Assembly: GCA_963715245.1 (NCBI GenBank)
Contig: CAVQRM010000002.1
Coordinates: 219,692-283,691, forward strand
DNA length: 64,000 nucleotides
From: an uncultured Chloroflexia bacterium
Lineage (GTDB): Bacteria; Chloroflexota; Limnocylindria; Limnocylindrales; CSP1-4
Direction of reading: 5' to 3'
Shown: one piece after another, positions 54,301 through 63,236 of the stretch
Layout: each line of letters opens with the position of its first letter
How positions within the stretch are numbered: position 1 is the stretch's first letter
Notes under the pieces: model-generated
Told to the model about the DNA's origin: nothing
The model's input: only the letters and a program-made list of their open reading frames with translations
The model's database searches: none
Made by a program: the position numbers and the translations under genes

Positions 54301-56342
54301 TGCGCCTGCCCCACGATCAGGAGGAACGAGCCGGCCATGACGATCAGCCCGATCGCGATGCCCAGCGCGTAGTTCTGGACGCGCCCCGTCTGGATCCTGC
54401 GCAGACCGCCACCGGCGTCACGGGTCAGCAGGCCGATGCCGTTGACCGCGCCGTCGACGATCACCCGGTCGAACCACCACATGGCCGCCGCGACGCGTCC
54501 GCCGATCCGGATGAACAGGAGGTCGTTGAGCTCGTCGAACCACCACTTGTTGAGCGAGGCGCGGTAGAGGAAGCGGGTCGCGCCGTTCGCGTTCGTCAGG
54601 CGCTCCACCGTCGCGGGCCGTCCGCGCCGCCGGAAGATGCCGAACAGCCAGATGCCGACGACCAGGCCGAGGGTCGCCACGAACACGCTGGCAAGGATCA
54701 GGAAGCCGTCGATGCCAAACAGCTGGTAGGCCTTTGGCTCTCCGTGCAGGAGCTCCTCGGACTCCTTGAACACCGGCTCCAGCCAGTGCTTGATCGTGGA
54801 GTCGCCCAGCGGGAGGCCGATCGCGAGGCCAAGCAGGGTGGACGGGATCGCGAGCAGGATCAGGGGCAGGGTCATCGACGGCGGCGACTCGTGGATCTTC
54901 GGCTCAACCTCCGGATCGACGCGCGACTCGCCGTAGAACGTCTTGCCCATGAGGCGCCACATGTAGAACGCGGTCATCATCGCGACGACGATGCCGATCG
55001 CCCACACCCAGTAGTACTCGAACTTGAAGGCCTCGCCCAGGATCTCGTCCTTCGAGAAGAAGCCGGCGAACACCGGGATGCCGGCGATCGCCAGGGTGCC
55101 GATGAGCATCGTGGCGTGGGTGATCGGGATCCTCCGCCACAGGCCGCCCATGCGGTTCATGTCCTGCTCCTCGTGGACCGCGTGGATCACGGAGCCCGAG
55201 CCCAGGAACAGCAGGCCCTTGAAGAAGCCGTGGGTCATGAGGTGGAAGATGGCCGCGACGAACGCGCCGATGCCCAGCGCCGCGAACATGTAGCCCAGCT
55301 GGCTCAGCGTCGAGTACGCGAGCACCCGTTTGATGTCCGTCTGGGTCATCGCGATCGACGCCGCGAGGATGGCGGTGAAGATGCCGATCGCCGCGACGAC
55401 GACCATCGTCTCCTGCGCGTGGGCGAACAGCGGGTTGGCGCGCGCGACGAGATAGACGCCGGCGTTGACCATCGTGGCCGCGTGGATGAGCGCGGACACC
55501 GGCGTCGGGCCCTCCATCGCGTCCGGCAGCCAGACGTGGAGCGGGAACTGGGCGCTCTTGCCCATCGCGCCCGCGAACACGAGCAGCGCCACGATGGCCA
55601 GCGGGATCGTGTTCGTCGCGTCCGGGGCGATCAGCAGCTCCAGCGACTCCTGGATGTTCATGGTCCCGGTGTTCACGAAGATCGCCATGATCCCGAGCGC
55701 GAACCCGACGTCGCCCACCCGGTTGACGATGAACGCCTTCTTCGCCGCGAGCGCCGCCGAGCGCTTGTGGTACCAGAACCCGATCAGCGAGTAGCTCGAC
55801 AGGCCGACCAGCTCCCAGCCCGCGAACACGAGCAGCCAGCTCGACGCGAGCACGAGCACGAGCATCGAGAACATGAACAGGTTGAGGTAGGCGAAGAACC
55901 GCCAGGTTCCAGCGTCGTGCGCCATGTACCCGATCGAGTAGATGTGCACGAGCATGCCGATCGTGGTGACGACGAACAGCAGGACGGCGGTCAGCGCGTC
56001 CACGTGGAAGCCGATGTCCACCGTGAAGTCGCCCGCGGGGATCCACGTCCAGAGCTTGACCTCCAGGCCGTGCTCCCCGAACGGCTCCACGTGGTTGAGG
56101 GCCGGCCAGATGACCATCAGCGCGATGATCCAGACGACGACGACGATGCCGACCGGGACCAGCTCCGCGGCCCCACGCCCGAACCTCGCCTGCAGCCGGC
56201 GCCCGAACAGGGCCGTGAACGCGAACCCGAGGATCGGGAGCAGCGCGATCAGCGAGATGAGCAGCGGGTAGCTGCCCGGATCGGCGCTCGCCACCGGCTC
56301 GGCCTCGGTGGCCGCGAAGAGCAGGCTCGGGAGGAGGTGCAT
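54297..56342 (-). CDS. nuoL: NADH-quinone oxidoreductase subunit L
   Basis: 681-aa ORF: GKSAQFPLHVWLPDAMEGPTPVSALIHAATMV, with a long C-terminal amphipathic extension. Confidence 0.95.
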   Translation of the reverse strand: MHLLPSLLFAATEAEPVASADPGSYPLLISLIALLPILGFAFTALFGRRLQARFGRGAAELVPVGIVVVVWIIALMVIWPALNHVEPFGEHGLEVKLWTWIPAGDFTVDIGFHVDALTAVLLFVVTTIGMLVHIYSIGYMAHDAGTWRFFAYLNLFMFSMLVLVLASSWLLVFAGWELVGLSSYSLIGFWYHKRSAALAAKKAFIVNRVGDVGFALGIMAIFVNTGTMNIQESLELLIAPDATNTIPLAIVALLVFAGAMGKSAQFPLHVWLPDAMEGPTPVSALIHAATMVNAGVYLVARANPLFAHAQETMVVVAAIGIFTAILAASIAMTQTDIKRVLAYSTLSQLGYMFAALGIGAFVAAIFHLMTHGFFKGLLFLGSGSVIHAVHEEQDMNRMGGLWRRIPITHATMLIGTLAIAGIPVFAGFFSKDEILGEAFKFEYYWVWAIGIVVAMMTAFYMWRLMGKTFYGESRVDPEVEPKIHESPPSMTLPLILLAIPSTLLGLAIGLPLGDSTIKHWLEPVFKESEELLHGEPKAYQLFGIDGFLILASVFVATLGLVVGIWLFGIFRRRGRPATVERLTNANGATRFLYRASLNKWWFDELNDLLFIRIGGRVAAAMWWFDRVIVDGAVNGIGLLTRDAGGGLRRIQTGRVQNYALGIAIGLIVMAGSFLLIVGQAQ

Positions 56343-56354
56343 CTCGATCGCCGC

Positions 56355-56687
56355 CTACTGCCGCATCGCGTCGTACTCGTCGACGAGCGGCGTCTTGCGG
56401 TTGCGGAAGATCGCGATCACGATCGCGAGGCCGACCGTCGCCTCTGCGGCGGCGGCCGCCATCACGATCAGCGCGATGACCGACGCGTCCACGTTGAGCG
56501 ACGTGGAGAAGGCACCGAAGGCGATGATCGAGAGGTTGACGGCGTTGAGCATCAGCTCCACCGACATGAGCATCGAGATCGCGTTGCGGCGGGCGAGGAA
56601 GCCGAAGCTGCCGATGCAGAACAGGACGGCGGCGAGGATCAGGTAGGCGTCCAGCGACTGGGAGAGGCCGTCGAGCGCGCTCAGCAT
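56355..56687 (-). CDS. nuoK: NADH-quinone oxidoreductase subunit K
   Basis: 110-aa ORF: [18 protein letters not shown]...[13 protein letters not shown]. Confidence 0.95.
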   Translation of the reverse strand: MLSALDGLSQSLDAYLILAAVLFCIGSFGFLARRNAISMLMSVELMLNAVNLSIIAFGAFSTSLNVDASVIALIVMAAAAAEATVGLAIVIAIFRNRKTPLVDEYDAMRQ

Positions 56688-57223
56688 CAGTCGTTCCCCC
56701 CGCGCTCACGCTTGGCGAGGAACACGCCGCCGATGACCGCGGCCAGGAGCAGGACGCTGACCACCTCGAAGGCAAGGACGTAGTCGGTGAACAGCGTGAC
56801 CGCCAGCTCGCGGGCGGGCGTCACGACGCGGGCAGCCGCCTCGGACCAGTCGGTCGCCGCGATGGTGATCGCGAACAGCACCGCGAGCACCGCGGACGCG
56901 ATGGCCGCCGGGAACGCCTGCGTCTGGAACACGAGCGAGCTGGGGCCCGCCTTCGTCTGCGTGAGCATGATCGCGAACAGGATGAGGACGCTGATCGCCC
57001 CGATGTAGACGAGCACCTGCGCCGCCGCGACGACCGTGGCGCCGGCGAGGACGTAGAGCCCGGCGAGGGCGCCGAAGCAGACGATCATCGCGAGGCCGCA
57101 GCGGATGATGTCGCGCATCGTCACGACCAGCAGGGCGGACCCGAGCATCACGGCCGCGAAGCCCATGAACAGCAGGTCATCCCATCCGAACCCGAGCAAC
57201 GGGATCGTCTCCGGCAGCGTCAC
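56687..57223 (-). CDS. nuoJ: NADH-quinone oxidoreductase subunit J
   Basis: 178-aa ORF: [24 protein letters not shown]. Confidence 0.9.
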   Translation of the reverse strand: MTLPETIPLLGFGWDDLLFMGFAAVMLGSALLVVTMRDIIRCGLAMIVCFGALAGLYVLAGATVVAAAQVLVYIGAISVLILFAIMLTQTKAGPSSLVFQTQAFPAAIASAVLAVLFAITIAATDWSEAAARVVTPARELAVTLFTDYVLAFEVVSVLLLAAVIGGVFLAKRERGGND

Positions 57224-57232
57224 GCGTCCCTC

Positions 57233-59886
57233 TCAGCGATCGTGGGCGTGGGTCGACCCGTTCCCGGACCCGTGCTGGTGTCCGTTCCCGTTGCCGTTCC
57301 CGTTGCCGCCGACGAGCGAGGGAGGCAGGACGGGCAGCATGCGGCTCGAGTCGAGGAGACGTCCCTCGGCCCGCGCCCGCTCTGCCCAGTCGCGCTCGCG
57401 GCGGATGTAGCTCATCTCGGTCTCGCGCTCCACCGAGGCCAGCGCGAGGAGGTCGATCATCGGCTCCTCGCGGGACGTGTGGCTGAGCTCGAACTGGTCG
57501 CTGTCGCGGACCGCGTCGTACGGGCACGCGTCCACGCAGATGCCGCACAGGATGCAGCGGCTCTCGTCGACCTCGTACTTCTGGAGGACGCGGGGCTTGG
57601 GCATGAGCGCGCCGGTGGGGCACGTCTCCGCGCAGCGGCCGCAGGAAACGCACGGCGTGTCGTTGAGGCTCATGTCGAGCGGCGTCGTCACCAGGGTGTC
57701 GAAGCCGATCCGCATGAAGTCGTAGCAGGCGGCGCCGACGACCTCGGCGCACACGTTGGCGCACCGGCCGCAGTCGATGCAGCGTGACGGCTCCCTGAGG
57801 ATGAACGCGTGGGAGTCGTCGCGGACGTAGTCGTGGTTGTAGCCCGTGAACCGGTTCTCGGTCACGGACCGGTAGCCCGCCCCCTGGTGGAACTGCGGCT
57901 CGAGCGTCTTGAGCGTCGTCCCGTACTCGATCCCCAGGCGGCGGAGATCGCAGAACCCGATCGCCTCGCAGGTGCACTGGAGGCAGCGGGTGGACTCGGC
58001 GACGGCCTCGTCGCGGTGTACGGGATCTCGTACTCGATGTAGTTGCTGTTGCGGGCCTCGGGCTCGAGGGCCTTGAGCCGGTAGCGCGGCTCCTTGATCT
58101 CGCCCGTGAACGGGACGATCGAGAGGAACTCCGGCTGCGGCTCGGCGAGCGTCTGGCGGGTGCGGATGGCCGACAGGTCGTTGCCCTTGAGGTACGCGTC
58201 CACCGCGTAGGCGGCGCGGCGGCCCTCGGCGATCGCCTGGACGACCGTCGCGGCGCCGATCCGGACGTCGCCGGTGCCGAACACGCCGGGCCGGGAGGTC
58301 TCGAAGGTCACCGCGTCGGCCTTGAGCCTGCGGTTCTTCGTCTGCTCGACGTTGTCCGAGCCCGGGCCGATCCAGGTGAGGTCGGGGCCCTGCCCGATGG
58401 CGAGGAGCACCCGGTCGCAGGGGATGACGAACTCGGTTCCCGGCGCGGGCTCGGGGCGGCGCCGGCCCGACGCGTCGGGCTCGCCCAGCGCCATCCGGAT
58501 GAACTCGATCCCGGTGACCTTGCCCGTCTTCGCGTCCGTGACGACCCGCGTGGGCCCGGCCTGGAAGATGGCAGTCACGCCTTCTTCGATCGCCTCGTGG
58601 ACCTCGGATGCCGCGGGCATGTCCTTCATGTCGCGCCGGTAGACCAGGGTCACCTCGCCGGCGCCCTGGCGGACCGACGTGCGGCTGCAGTCCATCGCGG
58701 TGAAGCCGCCGCCCACGACGACGACACGCGTCCCGGCATGCCCCGGGTACGGCAGGCCCAGCGTGGCCGTGCGCAGGTACTCGAGGCCGTCGATCACGCC
58801 GTCGGCGTCCTCGTTGGGAATGCCCAGCTTGTTCGTGTCGTAGCAGCCGATGGCCACGAGGACGCTGTCGAAGCCGCGGTTCTGGAGGTCGTCGAGCGTG
58901 AAGTCCTTGCCGAGCTCCTGGTTGCACACCAGCTTGCCGCCGAGGCGGGTCACGGACTCGTACTCGGCTTCGAGGACCTCCACCTTGGGCAGGCGGTACT
59001 GCGGGATGCCGTAGCGGAGCATGCCGCCGGGGGCGGGGTCGCGCTCGAAGACCGTCACCTCGTGCCCGGCGAGGAGCAGGTAGTACGCCGCGCTCATGCC
59101 CGCGGGCCCGGAGCCGATCACCGCCGCGCGGCGGCCGGACGGGGCCTGCTTCTCGAACGGGACCGGCGGGTCCATGTTCTCGTCCAGCATCGCCTTCAGG
59201 ACCTGGTCGCCGGCGTAGCGGTGGCTGTCGCGGATGGCGATCGCCTCGTCAACCTCGTCGCGCCGGCAGTGCTCCTCGCATGGGGCGGGGCACACGCGGC
59301 CGAGGATGCTGGGGAACGGGATCGTGCGCTTGAAGATCCGCGCGCTCTCGACCCAGTTCGCCTCGGCGTTGGCCTTGAGGAAGCCCGGGATGTCGATATG
59401 GCTCGGGCACTTGTTCTGGCAGGGCGGGAGGCAGTAGGCGTTGTGGTCGCTGAAGATGAGCTCGAGGTTCGTCTTCCGGATCCGGCGCAGCTCGTCCGTC
59501 TGGGTGCGGACCACCATGTCCGCCTCCGCCTCGCGGGAGCAGGAGATTGGCGGCTGGTCCTCGCCCTCGACCTCGCACACGCACATCCGGCACGCGCCGA
59601 AGCCCGGCAGCTTGGGCTCGTAGCACAGGGTCGGGATCTCGATGCCGTTGTCCCGGCAGATCTCGAGGATCGTCTGGCCCTCGAAGCCCTCGACGACGCG
59701 ACCGTCCACCTCGATCCGGATCCGCGGCGTGCTCTGCGGCCGCTGCGGGGACTGCGTCGTGATCAGCCGCTCGGCGAGGCTGTCCTCGCGGGGCGTGACC
59801 GTGTCGTAGACGGCAGGCTGGTCCGGACGCGCGTCACGCCGCTCGAGCGGCGCGTCGGTGTCGGGGCGAACGATGAGGTCGGCCAT
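57233..59886 (-). pseudogene. Composite Fe-S flavoprotein (2Fe-2S NuoG-like N-terminus, GltD-like FAD/NAD(P)H domain, NuoG-like 4Fe-4S region, NuoI C-terminal half), with a 1-nt frameshift near 58012-58020 (as assembled)
   Basis: Frame A (from ATG 59886): IEVDGRVVEGFEGQTILEICRDNGIEIPTLCYEPKLPGFGACRMCVCEV, then CLPPCQNKCP...GRVCPAPCEEHC, AAVIGSGPAGMSAAYYL...GGMLRYGIPQYRLPK, ending ...NYIEYEIPYT. Frame B continues RDEAVAESTRCLQCTCEAIGFCDL...RCIDCGRCANVC...CVSCGRCAETCPTGAL...KYEVDESRCILCGICVDACPYDAV...FELSH...MIDLLAL. The junction tac acc|gcg ac would be repaired by one extra C. Confidence 0.8.
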
Positions 59887-61220
59887 CAGCGGGATCCCGG
59901 TGTCGACGCACCCACCGCGATGGGGTGACAGACCCCGGCGGGACAGGTGCTGCGGAGGAGGTGGTCGTCGAGCTCGGATCGGAAGTATCGCATCCCGCTG
60001 GTGAACGGAAGGGTCGCCAGGCGCTCGTGGTCACACAGCCCGGAGGCGACGACGTCGTGCGCGAGGTCCTCCATCAGCGCGAGGTCGGTCGGCTTCGGAC
60101 GCCCGCTCGCGACACGGTCGCCGATCTCGTACAGCCGCCGCAGGCCGATCCGGCACGGGATCGTCTTGCCGCACGCCTCGTCCGCGGAGAACTTCGTGAG
60201 CAGCCGGGCCAGGTCGACGATGCACGCCCGGTCGTCCGCGATGACGACGGAACCCGAGCCGATGTGGGCCCCGACCGCGCGCAGCGCGTCGAACTCGTAC
60301 GGGGTGTCCAGGAGATCGGCGGGGAGCAGGCCGCCGGTCGGCCCGCCGACGAGCAGTGCCTTGAGGCTGCGCTTGCCGATGCCGCCCGCCAGGCGCACGA
60401 GCTCGGTGAGCGGGGTGCCGAGCGGGACCTCGGCGATGCCCCCGCCCGCAGGCCCGCGGAGCTGGACGAGGATCGTGCCGGGGCTTGCCGTCGACCCGAT
60501 CGCCGCATACGCTGCGCCGCCCTCGCGCACGATCCACGGGACGGATGCCAGGGTCTGGACGTTGTTGACGACGGTGGGCTTGTCGAACAGGCCCTTCTCG
60601 GTGGGGTACGGCGGGCGCTGCTCTGGCTGGCCGCGCTTGCCCTCGAGGGCCCTGAGCAGCACCGTCTCCTCGCCCAGCATGTAGGCGCCCTGGACGGGCC
60701 TGACCGTGACCGTGACCCGGTGGCCGGAGCCCATGACGTCGTCGCCGAGGAAGCCCGCCTCCTCCGCCGCGAGGAGCGCGCCCTCGAGCAGCGTGATGAG
60801 GCTTGTGTCCTCCGCCCGGACGGCGATGATCGCCTCGGTCGCCCCGATCGCGAATGCCGCGATCGCGAGGCCCTCGATGACGACCCAGGGGTCGCTCGCC
60901 ATGAGCGTCGCGTCGGTCCGGACGGCCGGGTCGGCCCCGTAGCCGTTGGCGACCACGTACCGCTGCGTCGCCGGCTGGTTCGCAGCTGCCCGCCACTTCT
61001 CGCCGGTCGGGAAGCCGGCGCCGCCGCGGCCCCGCAGGCCCGAGCTCGCAACGGTCGCGATCGTGCCCGTCGCGCCCAGGTCCCGGACCGACCGCCGGAG
61101 CGCCTCGAAGGCACCCGCGCGCGTCGCCGCGTCGAGGTCGCCCGGGTCCTCGGCAAGCGCCGCGACGCGCCCGGTGACGACGGCCGGCCACTCCTTCGGC
61201 GTCTTGAGGAACGCGCCCAT
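59886..61220 (-). CDS. nuoF: NuoF-like FMN/NADH-binding subunit (variant N3 cluster motif)
   Basis: 444 aa from ATG 61220: SGLRGRGGAGFPTGEKW, GAYMLGEETVLLRALEGKRGQPEQRPPYP, NNVQTLASVP. The cluster motif reads EACGKTIPCR (Thr where the second Cys is expected), then GLCDHE. TGATG overlaps at both ends. Confidence 0.85.
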   Translation of the reverse strand: MGAFLKTPKEWPAVVTGRVAALAEDPGDLDAATRAGAFEALRRSVRDLGATGTIATVASSGLRGRGGAGFPTGEKWRAAANQPATQRYVVANGYGADPAVRTDATLMASDPWVVIEGLAIAAFAIGATEAIIAVRAEDTSLITLLEGALLAAEEAGFLGDDVMGSGHRVTVTVRPVQGAYMLGEETVLLRALEGKRGQPEQRPPYPTEKGLFDKPTVVNNVQTLASVPWIVREGGAAYAAIGSTASPGTILVQLRGPAGGGIAEVPLGTPLTELVRLAGGIGKRSLKALLVGGPTGGLLPADLLDTPYEFDALRAVGAHIGSGSVVIADDRACIVDLARLLTKFSADEACGKTIPCRIGLRRLYEIGDRVASGRPKPTDLALMEDLAHDVVASGLCDHERLATLPFTSGMRYFRSELDDHLLRSTCPAGVCHPIAVGASTPGSR

Positions 61221-61882
61221 CAGCTCGCACGCCCCTTGTAGCCGAGCGACGCATCGAGCGCCGAGCGGTAGGCGTTCTCGATGGCGACATGCGCCACGCC
61301 GGCGGCGGGGACGGTCTCGACCGGCGGCGGCTCGAAGCGCAGGTGCCGGTAGTAGCTCGCGGTGCCGTAGATCAGCGCGTAGCCGGCACCGGTGATCCGG
61401 CTGATGTGCTTGAGCGCCCCGACCGGGAGGTGGCCGTACTCCGCCTGTGTCTCCTCGAGGATCGCGAGCATGGCCTTCGGGTCGTAGTCGTGACGCTCGA
61501 GGATCTCGTCGAGGGCCGCCGTGTCGACCGGGTCGAAGCGGTTGAAGGCGGCATCCGGCACCGGGCGGCCGGAGCGCCGGATCGCGGACTCCTCGCGGCG
61601 CTCGCCGTACGTCTCGGGCGGCCCCCAGTGGACGTGGAAGCGGCCCTTGGTATCGATGCCGCCCATGTCGATGCACTCGATCGGGCACGCCTGCGCGCAC
61701 TGGAAGCACGTCTCGCACTTGAGCGTGCCGTACTCGTCGTACAGGAGCTGCAGGCGGCCGCGGAACTTCGGCGCGACGTCGGCCTTCTCCTCGGGCCAGC
61801 GGATGGTCGCCTTGGGCTGGAAGAACCGGCGCAGGGTGAGGCCCATGCCGCGGACGATGCCCATGCCGGGAACGAGGCTCAT
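61220..61882 (-). CDS. Fusion of the NuoI N-terminal half (one 4Fe-4S motif) to a NuoE-like helical domain lacking the 2Fe-2S domain
   Basis: Residues 1 to about 85 (GMGLTLRRFFQPKATIRWPEEKADVAPKFRGRLQLLYDEYGTLKCETCFQCAQACPIECIDMGGIDTKGRF) align with NuoI through its first CxxCxxCxxxCP motif. Residues from about 115 (LDEILERHDYDPKAMLAILEETQAEYGHLPVGALKHISRITGAGYALIYGTASYYRHLRFEP) align with the NuoE N-terminal bundle. There are no further Cys residues. Confidence 0.7.
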   Translation of the reverse strand: MSLVPGMGIVRGMGLTLRRFFQPKATIRWPEEKADVAPKFRGRLQLLYDEYGTLKCETCFQCAQACPIECIDMGGIDTKGRFHVHWGPPETYGERREESAIRRSGRPVPDAAFNRFDPVDTAALDEILERHDYDPKAMLAILEETQAEYGHLPVGALKHISRITGAGYALIYGTASYYRHLRFEPPPVETVPAAGVAHVAIENAYRSALDASLGYKGRAS

Positions 61883-61886
61883 CGGG

Positions 61887-63236
61887 TCATCCGTTCAGCT
61901 CGGTGACGACGAGGATCGCCGCCGCGGTGATGAACAGGTTCAGGAGCGACGCGGGCAGCAGCCACTTCCAGGCAAACCCCATCAGCTGGTCGATGCGCAC
62001 GCGGGGAAGGGTCCCGCGCATCCACACGAAGATGTACACGAACAGGAACGACTTGAGCATGAACCAGACCAGGCCCGCGACCCAGTCCCACTCCACGTAG
62101 GCGATCCCGAACACGAACCCGATCGCCACGACGTTGAACACGAGGAAGCCGAGGATGAGCGCCTGCCACCCCGGCCGGTTGCCGTTCGCGAGCCAGAACG
62201 GCAGGGCGAACAGGATCGTCAGCAGGGGCGGCACGACCGCGATGAGGAACAGCAGGCCGATGCCCAGCGACCCCGGGTCCAGGTTCAGGTTCACGTCGGG
62301 GAACGGGACCGGCGCGTTCCAGGCCCCGAAGTAGAGCGTGACCATCAGCGCCGAGATGATGAACACGTTCACGTACTCGGCGAAGAACAGGAAGCCGAAG
62401 CGCATGCCCGAGTACTCGGTCGCGAACCCCGCGACGATCTCGGAGTCGGCCTCGGTCAGGTCGAACGGGGTGCGGTTCGCCTCCGCGGTGGCGGCGATGA
62501 AGAAGATCAGCGCGCCGAGCGGCTGGCGGAACACGAACCAGTCCCAGAACCCGCCACCCTGCTCCTCGGCGATCTGGTACACGCTCATCGTCCCGGCGAG
62601 CAGGATCAGGCCGACGACCGAGAGCGTGAGCGGGATCTCGTACGAGACCGCCTGGGCCGCCGAGCGGAGGCCGCCCAGCAGGGAGTACTTGTTGAAGCTG
62701 GACCAGCCGGCCATGAGCAGGCCGACCACCGTCATCCCGCCGACGGCGAACAGGTACAGCAGGCCGATGTTGAGGTCCTGGCCGACGAGCCCCGGGCCGA
62801 ACGGGATGACCATGAACGTCATCACCGCGGTCAGGAACACGACGACGGGCGCCCAGGTGAACACGATCCGGTCTGCGCCCGTGGGGGTGAAGTCCTCCTT
62901 CATGAGGACCTTGAGCCCGTGCACTACCGACAGGAGAGAGCCGAAGGGGCCGACGCGGTCCGGACCCACGCGAAGGTTCATCTGGGCGATGACCTTCATC
63001 TCCATGTAGATGATGATGAACGCGGCCGGGATGCTGAACAGCAGGACGCCCGTCACCGCGACCACGAACCGGACGATCTCGATGTTCGCCGTGAGCAGGT
63101 CCGCGAGCCACGGTGCGACGTAGACGACGAACAGGATCGTGAGGATCGGGCCGACGATCAGGACGAGGGCCAGCAGCGGCAGCATGACCTTGCCCAGCGG
63201 GGTCATGTTGCCCCAGGCGCGGTTCAGGGTGGTCAC
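61887..63236 (-). CDS. nuoH: NADH-quinone oxidoreductase subunit H
   Basis: EMKVIAQMNLRVGPDRVGPFGSLLSVVHGLKVLMKEDF, FNKYSLLGGLRSAAQAVSYEIP, TPFDLTEADSEIVAGFATEYSGMRF. The start is either GTG 63236 (GTGA overlap with nuoD) or ATG 63206. Confidence 0.9.
   Translation of the reverse strand: MTTLNRAWGNMTPLGKVMLPLLALVLIVGPILTILFVVYVAPWLADLLTANIEIVRFVVAVTGVLLFSIPAAFIIIYMEMKVIAQMNLRVGPDRVGPFGSLLSVVHGLKVLMKEDFTPTGADRIVFTWAPVVVFLTAVMTFMVIPFGPGLVGQDLNIGLLYLFAVGGMTVVGLLMAGWSSFNKYSLLGGLRSAAQAVSYEIPLTLSVVGLILLAGTMSVYQIAEEQGGGFWDWFVFRQPLGALIFFIAATAEANRTPFDLTEADSEIVAGFATEYSGMRFGFLFFAEYVNVFIISALMVTLYFGAWNAPVPFPDVNLNLDPGSLGIGLLFLIAVVPPLLTILFALPFWLANGNRPGWQALILGFLVFNVVAIGFVFGIAYVEWDWVAGLVWFMLKSFLFVYIFVWMRGTLPRVRIDQLMGFAWKWLLPASLLNLFITAAAILVVTELNG

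Noticed and set aside
6918-58020. Interpreting the four frameshifts (arsR-like, tetR, ino1, nuo fusion) as programmed recoding or as evidence of genome decay
   Set aside because: All are single-nucleotide shifts in G/C runs. None has a recognisable slippery heptamer plus downstream structure. Two hit genes inside tightly coupled, probably essential operons. Assembly indel error is the more economical explanation, but I cannot prove it without reads.
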